From Mobula hypostoma (lineage: Eukaryota), in assembly GCF_963921235.1 (NCBI RefSeq), contig NC_086109.1:32242001-32306000 (forward strand): a stretch of DNA of 64,000 nucleotides. Direction: 5' to 3'. Both the position numbers and the translations under genes were made by a program. A model generated the notes under the pieces. It worked only from the letters and a program-made list of their open reading frames with translations. It did not search any database and was not told the DNA's origin. Within the stretch, counting starts at the first letter, position 1. Each line of letters begins with the position of its first letter. Shown piece after piece: positions 1-13,249 of the stretch.

Positions 1-135
1 TGCTTTCATGCTTAACTTTATTGTTTTTATCATGTTCTTTATGTTTATTACGATTTTTTATGCTGTATCAGAACTGTAGTAACAATCATTTTGCTCTCCT
101 TTCCTCTTATGTGCTGAAGAATGACAATAAACAAT
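1..135 (+). mobile_element. 3' tail of Rex1/Babar-type LINE
   Basis: Similar in reverse complement to the tail at 52425-52510. Ends gaatgacaataaacaatc. Confidence 0.55.
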
Positions 136-665
136 CATTATTATGATTATGATTATGATTATTATTGTTATTATGGTTATGATTATGAGGACATGCAGTC
201 CCCTTTTATTGTCATTTAGTAATGCATGCATTAAGAAATGATAAAAATGTTTTTTCCAGAATGATATCACGAAAACACATGACAAATGGACTTAAAAACT
301 AACAAAAACCACATAATTATAACATATAGTTACAACAGTGCAAAGCAATACCGTAATTTGATAAGAACAGACCATGGCACAGTAAAAGTCTCAGAGTCTC
401 TCGAAAGTCCCATCATCTCACGCAGACGGTAAACCTCCAGCGCTGCCAACTTGCCGATGCAGCATCCCGAAAGCATCTGACGACAGTTCGACTCCGAGTC
501 CGTCTGAAAAACTCCGAGCCGCCGACCACCTATTCGACACCGAGCACCATCTCTGCTGAGCGTGTCGACCCCAGCCCCGGCAACAGGCCATACACAAAGC
601 CGAGCATTTGAGGCCTTCATCTCCAGAGATTCTCGATCGCACAGTTGTAGCAGCAGCAAAGCTGG
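136..665 (-). mobile_element. CpG-rich non-coding retroposon with (ATAATC/ATA)n microsatellite tail (136-188)
   Basis: Minus strand reads caataaaaggggactgcatgtcctc followed by the simple-repeat tail. CpG content is well above the flanks. Confidence 0.5.
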
Positions 666-736
666 CATTTATCTTGAATCAAGAGTAACTGTAATTTTCT
701 TGGGCAAGGAGCCAGTGGCACTGAAATACCAATATA

Positions 737-1035
737 CAGTACTGTGCAAAAGTCTTAGGAACATATTATATATATAGTGAGGGTGCCTAAGACTTGTGCA
801 CAGTACAACGTGGAGCAGAAAGCAAGTTTGTGAATCTGGCGGGAGCAAAGGACGTTGGCAGTGGTGAGGGTGGAATGCCACAGGAGGGCTGTGGGACGAG
901 TGGCAAAGAGGGAAATTCAGGGATAGTGAGTGGCAATGGGTGCAGACACACACACTCAGCCCTGAGACACCAGGCAAGGTCCTTTGATTCCAAATAATTG
1001 GTTTATTGGTCATTACAAAATGTTTCTGGTGCTTT
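737..1035. mobile_element. Mini Tc1/mariner-type fold-back (737-806) plus dispersed repeat body
   Basis: TA-CAGTACTGTGCAAAAGTCTTAGG ... CCTAAGACTTGTGCACAGTAC. Body 826-1035 is similar to 58968-59150. Confidence 0.65.
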
Positions 1036-2809
1036 CCACTCCATAACTCATCATTAACAATGACAGCATTGGACAACAAGATACACACAATTCTGGGATT
1101 ATTGTTTGAAACACCAGTTACTTTAGAAGTTTAGAAATTAGCTATGCAGATTAACATTTTAATAGGCTGGCGGGTAAACTTTCCACTAATAAGAAGAAAA
1201 TTTGACCCAATATATCCAAAGTTAATAGTTTGATGCGAAAAATAACAAGGCTGTCTTTTCCTTCTGACTTGTGTGTTGTACAGTTTGATTTTAAACCAAC
1301 TTGGCTATCAAATAGAAATATTGCATCTTCTGAATTTGAGATCCAGGTTTAAGTAATAGAAAAGCGATTAGAGAGATAAATTTTCCTGAGTAGTACTGCA
1401 TAATCAAAAAATTATACATAAATCATGGTGTAAGAAAAATACAAATTATTACATTAACACTAAATCTGACTAACACTGTGAACTGAAAGCTAAATGCAGT
1501 ATGTTATCTTTAAGGGTATCAAATAAATTTTTTTAAATATCATTTTTATCTTTCTACTTTTGATATTCAATTACAATTATTCACCATTAGGTATATTATC
1601 CATAATTCTTCAAATGAGCTTTTTTTTACGAAAAGCATTTCCAATTGCAAAAAAATGTCTGTTTCAAGATTTACACCATGGATTTGTTTTCCATTCTATT
1701 TTTACAGTGTGGGTTTGACCATGTGGTACAAGTATATGAGATATATTTGGAATGTGGGGAGGTGTGCACAGAATTACAGAGACAATGGAATAGCATTTTC
1801 CTTGGCATTTCTCAATAACTCTTCATAATTCATTATATTCCAGGTTCTCCTGATGAAGTGATAACGAGGATGAAAAGAACAGATCTCTTGTGAAGAAACA
1901 AAAACAGAATTTGAATCAGTCAGCAGCCTGACAACATTGATGGCCACAGCAGTAGTTTGAGATGCTGGCAGCACTGTTTAGTTGTATTTACCCACAATAC
2001 TAGCCAAGCACTAGGTGGCAAGAGGGAAAGCATTCCTGGAGAGGTCACTGAGTACTTGAAGCAAAGATTAGCACAGTTCTTACAGTGAAAAGTGACATTA
2101 CACAGAAACAGAGCAGTAAGTGGTTTGAGTTCAACTGCGTTCATGAGTCGGTACAGGAGCTCCAGACAGATCGAAGAGCAGAAATTGCAGTAAGAAGTAA
2201 GTTCTTATTGCAAGAATGAATTTTAACTAAATTGACATTTAAAGGGCCAGCTAGCTGTACTGCAAATGCTATTTTGTGGCTTTCACACATTAAAAGTAGC
2301 CGTACTTAATATCCCAGCATGCTACAATTGAAATGAAATTCTTCATACTAAACTTTTAGAAGAGGAAATGCTTGAGGAGCTGCTGTACAAAAACAAAGAG
2401 CTGGAATTTAACTGCTTCCTCACTGAATAGTGTTACGACTTTCCATGAGACTTACACGTCAACACAAGCAAAAACATAGTTCTCCCCATTCAGATTTGTC
2501 CCCAACATCTGAACTGCCCCTATTCAAGGAAAAATTCTTCAGAATACTGAGGTAGTCAGATTTACCCAACAAAACACTTAACCGCTTTGACACTTCCTTA
2601 GTTCTAAACTGACCATGTTATGGATTTAAGACATACAAAACAGAATAAGGATGGAAGGACTGCAAAGAGGGGAGAGAAAGTGGTGGAAATGGTTGCCCGC
2701 ACAAAGACGTGTGAAGTCTCACATTGTATATTGTAACATGGTACAATAACTGTAGGTCTGTGATTAATTAAAATTGTACCAAGACAAATGTGAGTCGAAC
2801 ATACAAATG

Positions 2810-3323
2810 AACTCAGTGGCCACTTTATTAGGTACACCTGTGCACCTGCTCATTAATGCAAATATCTAATCAGCCAATCATGTGATGGCAATTCAATGAC
2901 ATGGTCAAGTGGTTCAGTTATTGTCCAGACCAAACATCGGAATGGAGAAGAAATGTGATCTAAGTGACTTTGACTTTGGAATGATTGCTAGTGCCAGACG
3001 GAGTGGTCTGGGTATTGCAGACACTGTTTCCCTCCTCGGATTTGCATGCACAGCAGTCTCAAGTTTACAGAGAATGGTGCAAGAAACAAAATCATCCAGT
3101 GAGCAGCAGTTCTGCAGGTGAAAATGTCTTATTAATGAATAAGGTTAGAAGAGAATGGTTCAAACTGACAGGAAGGTGACCGTAATTCAAATAACCACAA
3201 GTTACAAAAGTGGTTTGCAGAAGAGCATGTGTCAGACCTTGAAATAGATGGGAAACAGCAGTAGAAAACTGTGAACACACTTCATTAAGTACATGAATTA
3301 CCTAATGAAGTGGCCACTGAGTG
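2810..3323 (+). mobile_element. Non-autonomous Tc1-like DNA transposon with remnant N-terminal transposase HTH
   Basis: TIRs ACTCAGTGGCCACTTTATTAGGTA / TACCTAATGAAGTGGCCACTGAGTG-TA. Decayed ORF MEKKCDLSDFDFGMIASARRSGLGIADTVSLLGF. Confidence 0.85.
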
Positions 3324-3806
3324 TACTTAAAGCCAATTTCTTGCATATACATGACCAATTTGTTGGAGATTTGACAAGCAATATATACAGCCTGTGGCTA
3401 AGAGGACAGCACACACTGTAGCTACAAGGCCACATTAATGAGACTGAGAAACAAAGCTCTGGAGGTAGTTGATAATGGCCAGCAAAGTCTGACCTTAAAA
3501 GAAATCATTCAGCTACAAAAATACAAGTAACGGTTGATCCATTCAATCACCAGAAGACATAGATAAGTATCCATTGGCTGGTTTAACCCCAGGAAAGTCA
3601 TGAGAAAACAGCTTAACTTTTAACTTAGAAGACATCAGTTGTCAAGGGCATAACGTGTCCTGAGAGACAACGGTTTCAAGAATGGGCTGAGGCACGACAC
3701 CCACAAGCCATGAATTCAACCTACCCTAATTTGTTCCAATTTATCCAAAATTACTTTGTATATTTCCATGCGGTGAAACAGTGACCAAACCTTATAGTGA
3801 TCTGCT

Positions 3807-4393
3807 GTGGTTCCTTATCACCGGGGGAGGTAGTGGTGATAAATTCCAACTACCTATTAAATACTCCCAATGGCATGCATCACGAACAGCCTCTGACAGC
3901 CTCCTGGCCTTCACGTGTTAGCCAGCACCTGGCTTTCACATCTGCTACTAGACCCAGCAGAACCATTTCTACTGAGAGGAGAAGGGACAGAGGCGGGTTT
4001 ACCAGCACCTTAAAACAAGTCAACGGACAGATGGGACTTGCCAGCCATGGTTGGCAACTCATCTAGAAAACCTGTGATCTCAAATCTCCACTGCCATGTG
4101 GCTATACCCACTCATGGGGAAGCCTTCGATGAGACCCTGTGAAAAATCTGGAGCTGGGGTCCCTAGGGCAGTCCTACATTGTGTTCAACACCGGCCGGCA
4201 ACCCCTGGGCTGCGGCTTAGGCCAAACTGCATCAGTTTCCGCTGTTCCTTTAGATTCATCAGCTGCATGGAGACAGGGAGCCTAGTCATGGGCAACAGCT
4301 TGCTCTCCATATTGTATTGCCCTGCCTTGTGTGTCACGTAGACAGCTAGGATGCAATATTTATGGTCGATCCCGAACAGTGGAGGACCTCACA
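3807..4393 (+). mobile_element. Probable RTE-related non-autonomous retroposon
   Basis: GC-richer block flanked by a short direct repeat ATCTGCT (about 3800 and 4396). Internal ggcaactcatctag...gccatgtggctatacccactcatggg resembles RTE-clade UTR sequence from memory. Confidence 0.4.
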
Positions 4394-6189
4394 TAATCTG
4401 CTCTAGATTGAAGAGCTCACTTGCCTCTTGTGTTTAAAGACGAAGCTCCTGAGTTGCAATACAAAATGCTGCAGACTTAATTCATGTTGTCCTGAGGCTG
4501 AAAGTGACTATGGTGTACATTGTTCTTTTCAATATTCGTTTCAGTGTTGCATTACTGCAAACCCACCGGCAGTCTTCCTCTTAATCCTAATGTAATTTCA
4601 TTACCCACTGTTCCTGTTCACCATGCCCTGTGAATCCATGATACCCCGTCATTACTGATCCTATCCAATTCATTTAGGTGAAGGAATCTAGGACTGAAGC
4701 AGCAAGCATTGCCAATGGTGAGCAGGATGAGGTTGAGGCAGAGACATGAAGCATTAGCAATATTTTCTAGTTTTCATATCCCTTATCTTTATCATACATA
4801 TTAAAAAATAAGGTCACCCTCTCTTTTCTTCCTCCCTTGCCTCAAATGCTGTGAAGGAACTGCAGGGAAGCAGAAGAACGAGTTAGGTGAACCCCACTTA
4901 ATTCCCACTAATTGTGTTGAACAATATATGGTACATAGAAATTAGCTTGAAATTTGTCTTTAAGATATTATCAATTTTGCCCAGTACCAATGGATGATAT
5001 TATCAAATTAAACTCATCTAAGCATCCTTCCTAGTCTAGGGATCAAAAGCTTTAGTTCGTGATAAATTTCTAAACAGGATTTGTCATCAATCCCTACTCC
5101 AGACCTCTGCAATTTGATTCTCAAACATTAACCCACACTCACACAACATGCAGGATCCTTTGCAGATATCATCAGCTTATTTCATTTCTTCCAGAAGAAT
5201 ATTGGAAATCACTAAACAACTGTCTAGAGTTTCAGCCTTCATGATAAACAAAGAAAACAGATATAGTCAAATTCATTATGGAGAAGTTATGTATTTATGC
5301 ATTTTTGGAAGAGGGGAAAAAAGCAAACCATAAAGAAATTACACTATAAGCTAAATCTCGTCAGCTCTGAGAATCAATTGAACTTAATTAAAAATAGACT
5401 TATTTCGATTGATGAGATAGCAGTCAATATTGAATTCAACTGAGAAGTTTACAGAGGACAGCATTTGAAACTGCAAATTGGCATGTTGTGCATTACAAAG
5501 TGATTATTATTTCTTATTAACTACAGATATCTGTTGGTGCAAAGTATAAAATTATACCTCTATTATTGCTGCAACTACCATTGAACAGATTATAACAGTG
5601 GCTTCTTGCTATTTGTGCCTGCCCAGACATGCAGCCCATCTGTCAGGAATGATTTGTCTTCTGTGGATTTGCACAAACAGACAGCACAGTGTGAGACCCA
5701 GTGTTGCACAGGTCATGACATCACTGGTAATCCCAAATTTAGCTTGAAAAAATCTTCTCAAACATCAAACCTACAAAAAGACCCAATGTGCATTCACAAG
5801 GAGAGAATATAGTGATCATTTTTAAAAGGAAATCTGTTCAAATGTTCCACAAAAGTTCAATTTTCATTAATGCACATGAAAATTTTTTAAAAATCAAAAA
5901 AGCTGCAGATGCTGGAAATCTGAAATAAAACCAGAAAAAAACGGGAAAGCAAAATAGTTTGAAGTTGCAAGTCTTTTCAGTCTTTGAACCTCAACAGATG
6001 CCTGACCTGCATTTTGTTTTTCTTTTCACTTAACTACAAATGCCAGACTAGACCCAAAGGTAGAATACTGAAGACTCTTGTATAGCAAATTTGTCGAGCT
6101 TAATATCTGGATTACCTGCAGTAAACTGTAAACCATTAAACCTCTAAAAGAACACTTAAGAAGGAAATCGGTGGGATGGGGTGGGGGGC

Positions 6190-7990
6190 TAAAAGAAAGC
6201 ATGAGGTTCCTGCAGTTGACAAGGTGAAGAAGAATCACAAGGGTTTCGACAGATATTTTAAGAGTGAAAGGATAGCAAGGGACAAAATTGGTTCTACTGA
6301 AGATCAGAGTGGGAATCTATGCACGGAACTGAAAGAGATGAGGAAGATCGTAAATGGATTTTTGCATCTGTATTTGCTCGAGAGATGGACACAGAGCCCG
6401 TAGAAGCAGTGAGGTCATGAATGTTATATGAATGAACGAGGAGGAAGTGCTTGTTGTCTTAGACAAATTAAGGTGAATAAATCCCCAGGGCCTGACAAGG
6501 TGCTCACTCAGACCTTCTGAAAGGCTAGTGCTGAAACTGAAGGGGTCTTACCAGAGGTATTTAAAACATCCTTAACCACAGTTGAGGTACCAGAGGATTG
6601 GAGTTTAACTAATATTGTCCCATTGTTTAAGGAAGATTCTAAGAATAAGCTGGAAATTATAGGCCAGTGAGCATGGTGTCAGTAGTGGGTAAGTTACAAG
6701 GGACCAGATATATAAGCATTTGGAGAGACAGGAACAGATTATGGATAGTCAACATGGTTTTATGCATGCTAGATCCTGTCTAACCAATCTTCTGGGAAGT
6801 TAGGAAAGTTGAAGAAAAGGCAGTGGATGTAGTTTATATGTACTTTAGCAAGGCCTTTGACGAGTTCCCACATGGGAGGTTGGTCATGAAGGTTAAGTCA
6901 CTTGGCATTCACAATGAGGTAGTAACTTAGATTAAAATATTGCCTTAATGGGAGAAGCCATAGAGATAGTTACGGTTGCCTCTCTGACTGGAGGCCTGTG
7001 ACTAGTTATGTGCTGGGTCTTTAGTTGTTTGTCATCTATAACAACAATCTGGATGATAATGTAGTAAAATGGATATACAAATCGAGTTTGCAGATGACTC
7101 CATGATTGGGGGGTGTAGTGGACAATGGGGAAGGCTAACAAAGCCTGCAGCAGGATCTGGACCAGGTGGAAAAATGGACAAAATAATAGTAGAAGGAATT
7201 TAATGCAGACAAGTGAGAGATATTGCACTTTGAGAAGACAAACCAGGTAGAATTCCCGCTGTGAGCGGTAAGGCACTGAGGAGTGCAGTAGAACAGTATT
7301 CTGGGAATACAGATCCATAATCCCCTGATACTGGCATCACAGGAAGATAGGGTTGTAAAGAGAGCTTTTGACATGTTGGCCTTTATAAATCAAAGTACTG
7401 AGTACAAGAGTTGGCATGTAATATTGAAGGTAATTAAGATATTGCCGAGGCCAAGTTTGGAGTATTATGTGCAGTTCTGGCTACTTACAAGGAAGGTATC
7501 AATGAGATTGAAAGAGTGGAGAGAAAATTTACAAGAATGTTTCTGGGAGTTGAGGACCAGTCACAGGGAGAGGTTGAATAAGTTAGGACTTTGTTCCCTG
7601 GAGTGCATAAGAATGAGGGAGACTCGACAGGGGCACACAGAATTATGAGAGGCAATAGATAGGGTAAATCCAAGCAGGCTGTTTCCATTGAGGTTGGGTG
7701 AAATGAGACTAGAAATAGAAATCATGGGTAAAAGGAAGTGTTTAAGGGGAATATTAAGATGGACTTCTTCACTCAGAGGGTGGTGAGACTGTGGAACGAG
7801 CTGCCAGCAGAAGTGGTGGATGTTGGTTCAATTTCAACATTTAAGAGAGATCTGGATGGATGGATAGGAGGGGTATGGACATCTATAGGGCAGGTGCAGC
7901 TCGATGGGACCAGGCAGCATAATAGTTCAGCATGGACTAGATGGGCCTGAGGGTCTGTTTGTGTGCTGTAGCATTGCATGACTATGACTC
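6190..7990 (+). mobile_element. 5'-truncated, decayed CR1 LINE (ORF2 RT and C-terminus, 3' UTR)
   Basis: Frame fragments [41 protein letters not shown]. Tail gcatgactatgactc. Confidence 0.9.
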
Positions 7991-8544
7991 CAATGAATTG
8001 GCATTTTTGCTTTGCCTACTAACTGCATATACATTGCTCATTTTTATATAGTAAAAATTCATCCTCAGTCGTGTTTTAATATTGTAATATTATTTGTAAT
8101 GTACTCGGCCCTGGAACTTGATATAGGCAACTAAGCTGAATTCTGGAAGGAAGAGTTCAATAAACATACATATATTGTGCATTTAGCACATGTGAACCAA
8201 AGACAGATTCTGTATAGAGAGTTATTTATTTAGTGTACCCCTCATGTAAATTCCTCAGAAGCAGAAATAATTATGTTGTATTACATGACAAAGGTACCAG
8301 CACCTTCATTTTTTTTTTGGAGAACACACATTTGTACTAAACTTAGTTGATGATATGGTATATAAGTTTAAAATACGTTCCTTAGTTACTATGTTAAATG
8401 ACACAGATTAGAATTTATGCACCAATATACTCTACTGTCTATTTTACTGTCTTGCTTGTTTATTGTGGGCAAAACTTGTCTGGTGCCCTGAAAACGTGAC
8501 TTTGGAAATCTGAAATTGAAACAAAGTGCTGGAAATACTAATGC

Positions 8545-8955
8545 TGGATGAAACGGACTTTTAAGATTGTAAACCAGCGGGTTGTTGTTATGTCTCCCGC
8601 CCGCTGTGAAAATTGGGGACACCTCCCTCTTCCTTGCCAGGCAGAGAGAGAACCTGTAGGTTGGCGAATTCGGATGAAGTGCGAAGCTTTTGGGGTAACT
8701 GCAAGGTCTGTGTCTTTGCTATCGCTTAGCACACGCTTGGGCTCCGTGATTGTACTGATGAGTGTTTATTTTTGCCGGTGGGGGGGCGGGGATTATTGTT
8801 CGCCGCCGCTTACGCGTGGGAGGGGGGAAACCCTGGGGTTCTCACGTTTAACTGTCGTTCGTTCTTTGGGACACTTCTCTGTTTTCGTGGATGTTTTGCG
8901 AAGAAAAAACAATAAATCGTATACATTTCTCTGATATTAAACTTGACCTTTGAAG
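8545..8955 (+). mobile_element. CpG-rich non-coding retroposon with LINE-type 3' tail
   Basis: High CpG. Ends tacatttctctgatattaaacttgacctttgaa, comparable to the tail at 25935-25972. Confidence 0.5.
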
Positions 8956-9242
8956 TCAAACAACAATTTGTGGAGAACACACCTTATTCCATTTACTAAT
9001 AAGGTAGCCGATTGGTAGGACCTTGAAACTATAGCTGTAGAATGCCTAGTGGTCTTGGAAATGCATATCTTCATTTAAAACACAATTTATTTTTGATTTG
9101 CAAAGTACTTTCAACATCTTGCTGCCAGGCTCTTGCAAATTCAGTTGCAAGACATAACACCAGCTTCTTCAGACATCCCTCAAAATTGGTCTTAACTTTG
9201 TTCTTTAAGAGAAAAATAACAAGTGTTCTTCCACCATGTCAG

Positions 9243-9924
9243 CATTCAGAATCAGGTTATCACAGGCATGGGTCGTGAAATTTGTTAATTTAGCAGCAGC
9301 AAGTCAATGCAATACATAATCTAGCAAAGAGAGAAGAAAAAATAATAAAACATAATGGATAAACAAGTACATCAATTACATATATTGAATAGATTACTTA
9401 AAAATGTGCAAAACAGAAATACTATATATTAAAAAAAGTGAGGTAGTGTCCAAAACTTCAATGTCCATTTAGGAATCAGATGGCAGAGGGGAAGAAGCTG
9501 TTCCTGAATCGCTGAGTGTGTGTCTTCAGGCTTCTGTATCTCCTATCTGATGGTAACAGTGAGAAAAGGGCATGCCCTGGATGCTGGAGGTCTTTGATAA
9601 TAGACGCTGCCTTTCTGAGACACCGCTCCCTAACGATGTCCTGCGTACTTTGTAGGCCAGTGCCCAAGATGGAGTCGACTAGATTTACAACCTTCTGCAG
9701 CTTCTTTCGGTCCTGTGCAGTAGCCCCTCCATACCAGTGATGCAGTCTGTCAGAATGCTCTCCACAGTACAACTATAGAAATTTTGAGCGTATTTGTTGA
9801 CATGCCAAATCGCTTCAAACTCCTAATAAAGTATAGCCGCTGTCTTGCCTTCTTTATGACTACATTAATATGTTGGGACCAGGTTAGATCCTCAGAGATC
9901 TTGACACCTAGGAACTTGAAGCTA
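9243..9924 (-). mobile_element. Rex1/Babar LINE 3' fragment
   Basis: ORF WYGGATAQDRKKLQKVV...KAASIIKDLQHPGHALFSLLPSDRRYRSLKTHTQRFRNSFFPSAI. (CTGATT/CTGAAT) tail. Confidence 0.9.
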
Positions 9925-10750
9925 CCCTATCCGCCATAGCACTTCATACCTCACCACACAAAACTACACAACCGTACCTCTCCCAGCCCCACATATACAT
10001 CCACTATTCCTACCCTCAAACCTAATCCTAAGGTCCAAGGGGGAACACACCCCTACAAACCCGAGGTGCACCCTGATTAACCTTGGCCACACCCCCACAG
10101 CCGCTACTCTACCCTATCCACCAGAGCCCGACATGCTCACCATACAAAATTCCACAACCTGATCTCTCCCAAGGCAACATATACATCCACCAGCCCTTCC
10201 ATCAAACCTAATCCTAAAGGGGCACACACCCCCACTAACCCTAGGCACACACCCATAAACCCGATGACTTATGTAAGGAGGAGCAAGATCCAAGAAAGGC
10301 AAGTGTTGGACCTGGTTAATGAAGGCATGGGCCAGATCAAAGTGGCAGGGTTGCATGATACTGAATCTCAAGTGACGAGATCAAGAAGCACAAGAGGGCA
10401 GATTCGCCCACTGCACAAATAATCTCAACCTATCCACCAGAGCCCCACATGCTCACCTCACAAAGCTCCACAACCTTATTTCTCCCAACCCAACATGTAC
10501 ATCCACCAGCCCTGCCCTCAAACCTAATCCTAAAGTCCAAGGGGGCACACCCCAATTAACCCTGGCCACACCCCCACAAACCCAGTGACTTGTGTAAGGA
10601 GGGGCAAGATCCAATAAAGGCAAGTGTTGGACCTGGTTAATGAAGGCGTGGGCCAGATCAGAGTGGCAGGGTTGCATGACACTGAATCTCACGTGGCGAG
10701 ATCAAGAAGCACATGAGGGCTGATTTGCCCACTGCCCGAATAACCTCCAT
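9925..10750. repeat. Tandem repeat, about 318-bp unit, about 2.6 copies, with telomere-like motifs
   Basis: Units begin (c)cctatcc(a/g)cc at about 9925, 10112 and 10429. The paralogous spurious ORFs 10114..10371 and 10453..10692 show the duplication. Confidence 0.9.
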
Positions 10751-10844
10751 TGTAGTCTTTACTACATGTGCATTACAAGGCACAGGCCAATGTCGTACAA
10801 TCCCACCTCATTCTCTAATCTTTAAAAATTATAAACTGCTTAAT

Positions 10845-11660
10845 CAAAATCAGATTATAAGAATCAGGTTTTATTTATATACATATACATTTGCATACAT
10901 ATTAAATAGTTAAGTAGTGCAAAATTAGAAATAAAAAAGTAGTGAGGTAGTATTCATGGCTTCAATGTCCATTTAGAAATTGGATGGCAGAGGGGAAGAA
11001 GCTGTTCCTAAATTGTTGAGTGAGTGCTTTCAGACTTCTGTACCTCCTTCCTGATGGTAGTAATGACAACAAAGTCTGACCTGGGTGATGATGGTCCTTA
11101 ATGATGGATGCCACCTTTTTGAGATATCACTCCTTGAAGATGTCCTGGATACTATAGTCTAGTGCTCAAGCTGGTGCTAATTTTACAACTCTCTGCAGCA
11201 GACTTTGACCCTAAGCAGTAGCCCCCACCCCCAATACCAGACAGTGATGCAGCCAGCTAAGAGCGCTCTTTACGGTACATCTGTAGAAATTTACAAGTGT
11301 TTTTGGTGACATACCAAATCTTCTCAAACTCCTAATGAACTATAGCCACTGTCGAACCTTCTTTGCAGCTGCATCAATATGTTGGTTCAGGTTAGATCCT
11401 CATAGGTGGACATCCCCAGGAACTTGAAGTTGTTCACTCTTTCCACTTCTGATCTCTCTGAGGGCTGGTGTGTGTTCCCTCGTCTTACCCTTTCTAAAGT
11501 CCACACTGAATTCTTTGGTCTTACTGATGCCAAGTACAAGGTTGTTACTGTCACACCACTCAAGCAGCTGACATATTTCGCTTCTGTATGTCCTCTTGTC
11601 ACTATCTGAAATTCTGCCAACAATGGTTGTATCATCTGCAAATTTACAGATGTCATTTGA
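10845..11660 (-). mobile_element. Rex1/Babar LINE 3' fragment
   Basis: Same family as 9243-9924. Remnant (K)FADDTTIVGRIS and SEVERVNNFKFLG. Confidence 0.85.
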
Positions 11661-13249
11661 TGCAACTTCAAGTTGTATGAAGAGAATATCTCATTAAACT
11701 GTTCAATAAAACTACACACAATATCAAGTGGGTGGAGGGATTCTGGGGTTAACAAAATTGTTTCATTGACATGGATTGCTCTGACACCCACTTATTACAG
11801 ACTTTAATTTCTTTTCAATAAGAATAACTTAGTCTATTGTCAATTCTAATACAACTTAACTGTTAAATGACATTAATGAACAAACTATATTTAGATATAA
11901 ATTATTGAACTTGAGGACATCTTTGCAATTTAGATGTTAGTTCTGTTATTAATGTCATCTCAAGTTATCATGCTTCAAATCCCATCAAATGCTTTTACAT
12001 GATTGCCGCATGTAGCACGCAATGTAGCATCTTCCATCATTTTATGGTTCTCTTCCTTTGAATTTTAATGTTAGGATGCCATTTTCTATCTTGCCAAAAT
12101 CAATAATTCACAGTTCTACAGAACATTACAGTAGACTTCACCTGATTTGAAGAGACAGCAGTTACAGGCACTTTCTGATGGTTTCCTGAAGGAAGTTCCA
12201 TGCAACGTGCAGCATATATAAATATTCACTAGTTATTTGCTTCTCATTGATTTTGTTTAAAGATTAAAGAGATAAAATTAATATTCAGTTTATGCACTCA
12301 TTCCAGAAACCATAAGATCATAAGTCATAGGACCAAAATTAGGCTATTCAGCCCATTGAGTCTCCACCCGTTGTATAGAGATGCTAACTGTGAAAGTATG
12401 AAATCTGATCAGTTTGTTGTGTCCACACTTCATAATGTATACACTTTTCCTGACCATGACACCAAACACCAACCACTTTGCCACCCCTAACATCTGTGTA
12501 AAACTTAATAAACCTCACCTGGCACAATGCTATTGTGGTCTCATCTGAGGAATATACCTGCCTTCAAGTCGCAACAAATGTTCATTGATGAACTACTGAA
12601 ATGATGAGGTTGTCCTGTCAGAAAAGACTGCACAGTATCAGAAATTATGTCATTAAAACATGATATTCTGAGGCTGTTCGATTGACTGTAAGCTATGAAG
12701 ATGTTTCTTCTGGTGGGAGAATGTGGAATTGGAATATGAGGTCTCAAGATAATGAGACTATCATTTAATACTGAGAAGAGAAGTAAAACTGGGGTTGCAA
12801 TTCTTGGGGGTGTTCAAACATATGGATATTGTCAAACCAGGGATAGGTACATTTTTAGACCAAGAACAATCAGTGGTGTTTGAGGATCATGTAGGAATGT
12901 GAGCCAGGACCAAAGGCAAGGTTAGCATGATCTTGAGTAGTGAAGCAAACTTCAAAAAATATACAGCTGGTTCTGCTCCTACTTGGTGGGTTCATTACTC
13001 AGCCCGATTGTCAACATTACTGCTAGGTACTTACTCAGGTATGCCCATGAAATCCAGGTTTCCAGCACTGACATTGGTCTCACATGACTGTCATAAACTT
13101 TGATCAAAGAGATTCTGTTAGATGACCTTAGACACTATAAAACTGTTATGAACAACTATCGCTGGACAGCATGTGAGTGGCCTATTTTGAAAGCTGACAA
13201 ATGGAACTAAGCAATTAAAATTAGAAACTGTTAATTTCTAGATCACCAC

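Noticed and set aside
58..285. ORF with poly-Ile run as a membrane peptide
   Set aside because: It is a translation of the microsatellite tail between two retroposon ends.
1835..1900. CTGATGA...GAAA as a hammerhead, or ttccag-GTTCTCCT as a terminal exon
   Set aside because: There is no stem II and no valid cleavage triplet. The short peptide (SPDEVITRMKRTDLL*) matches nothing I recognise.
10114..10692. Two paralogous ORFs (85 and 79 aa) as a small gene family
   Set aside because: They are translations of the tandem repeat, with non-ATG starts and no splice or domain evidence.
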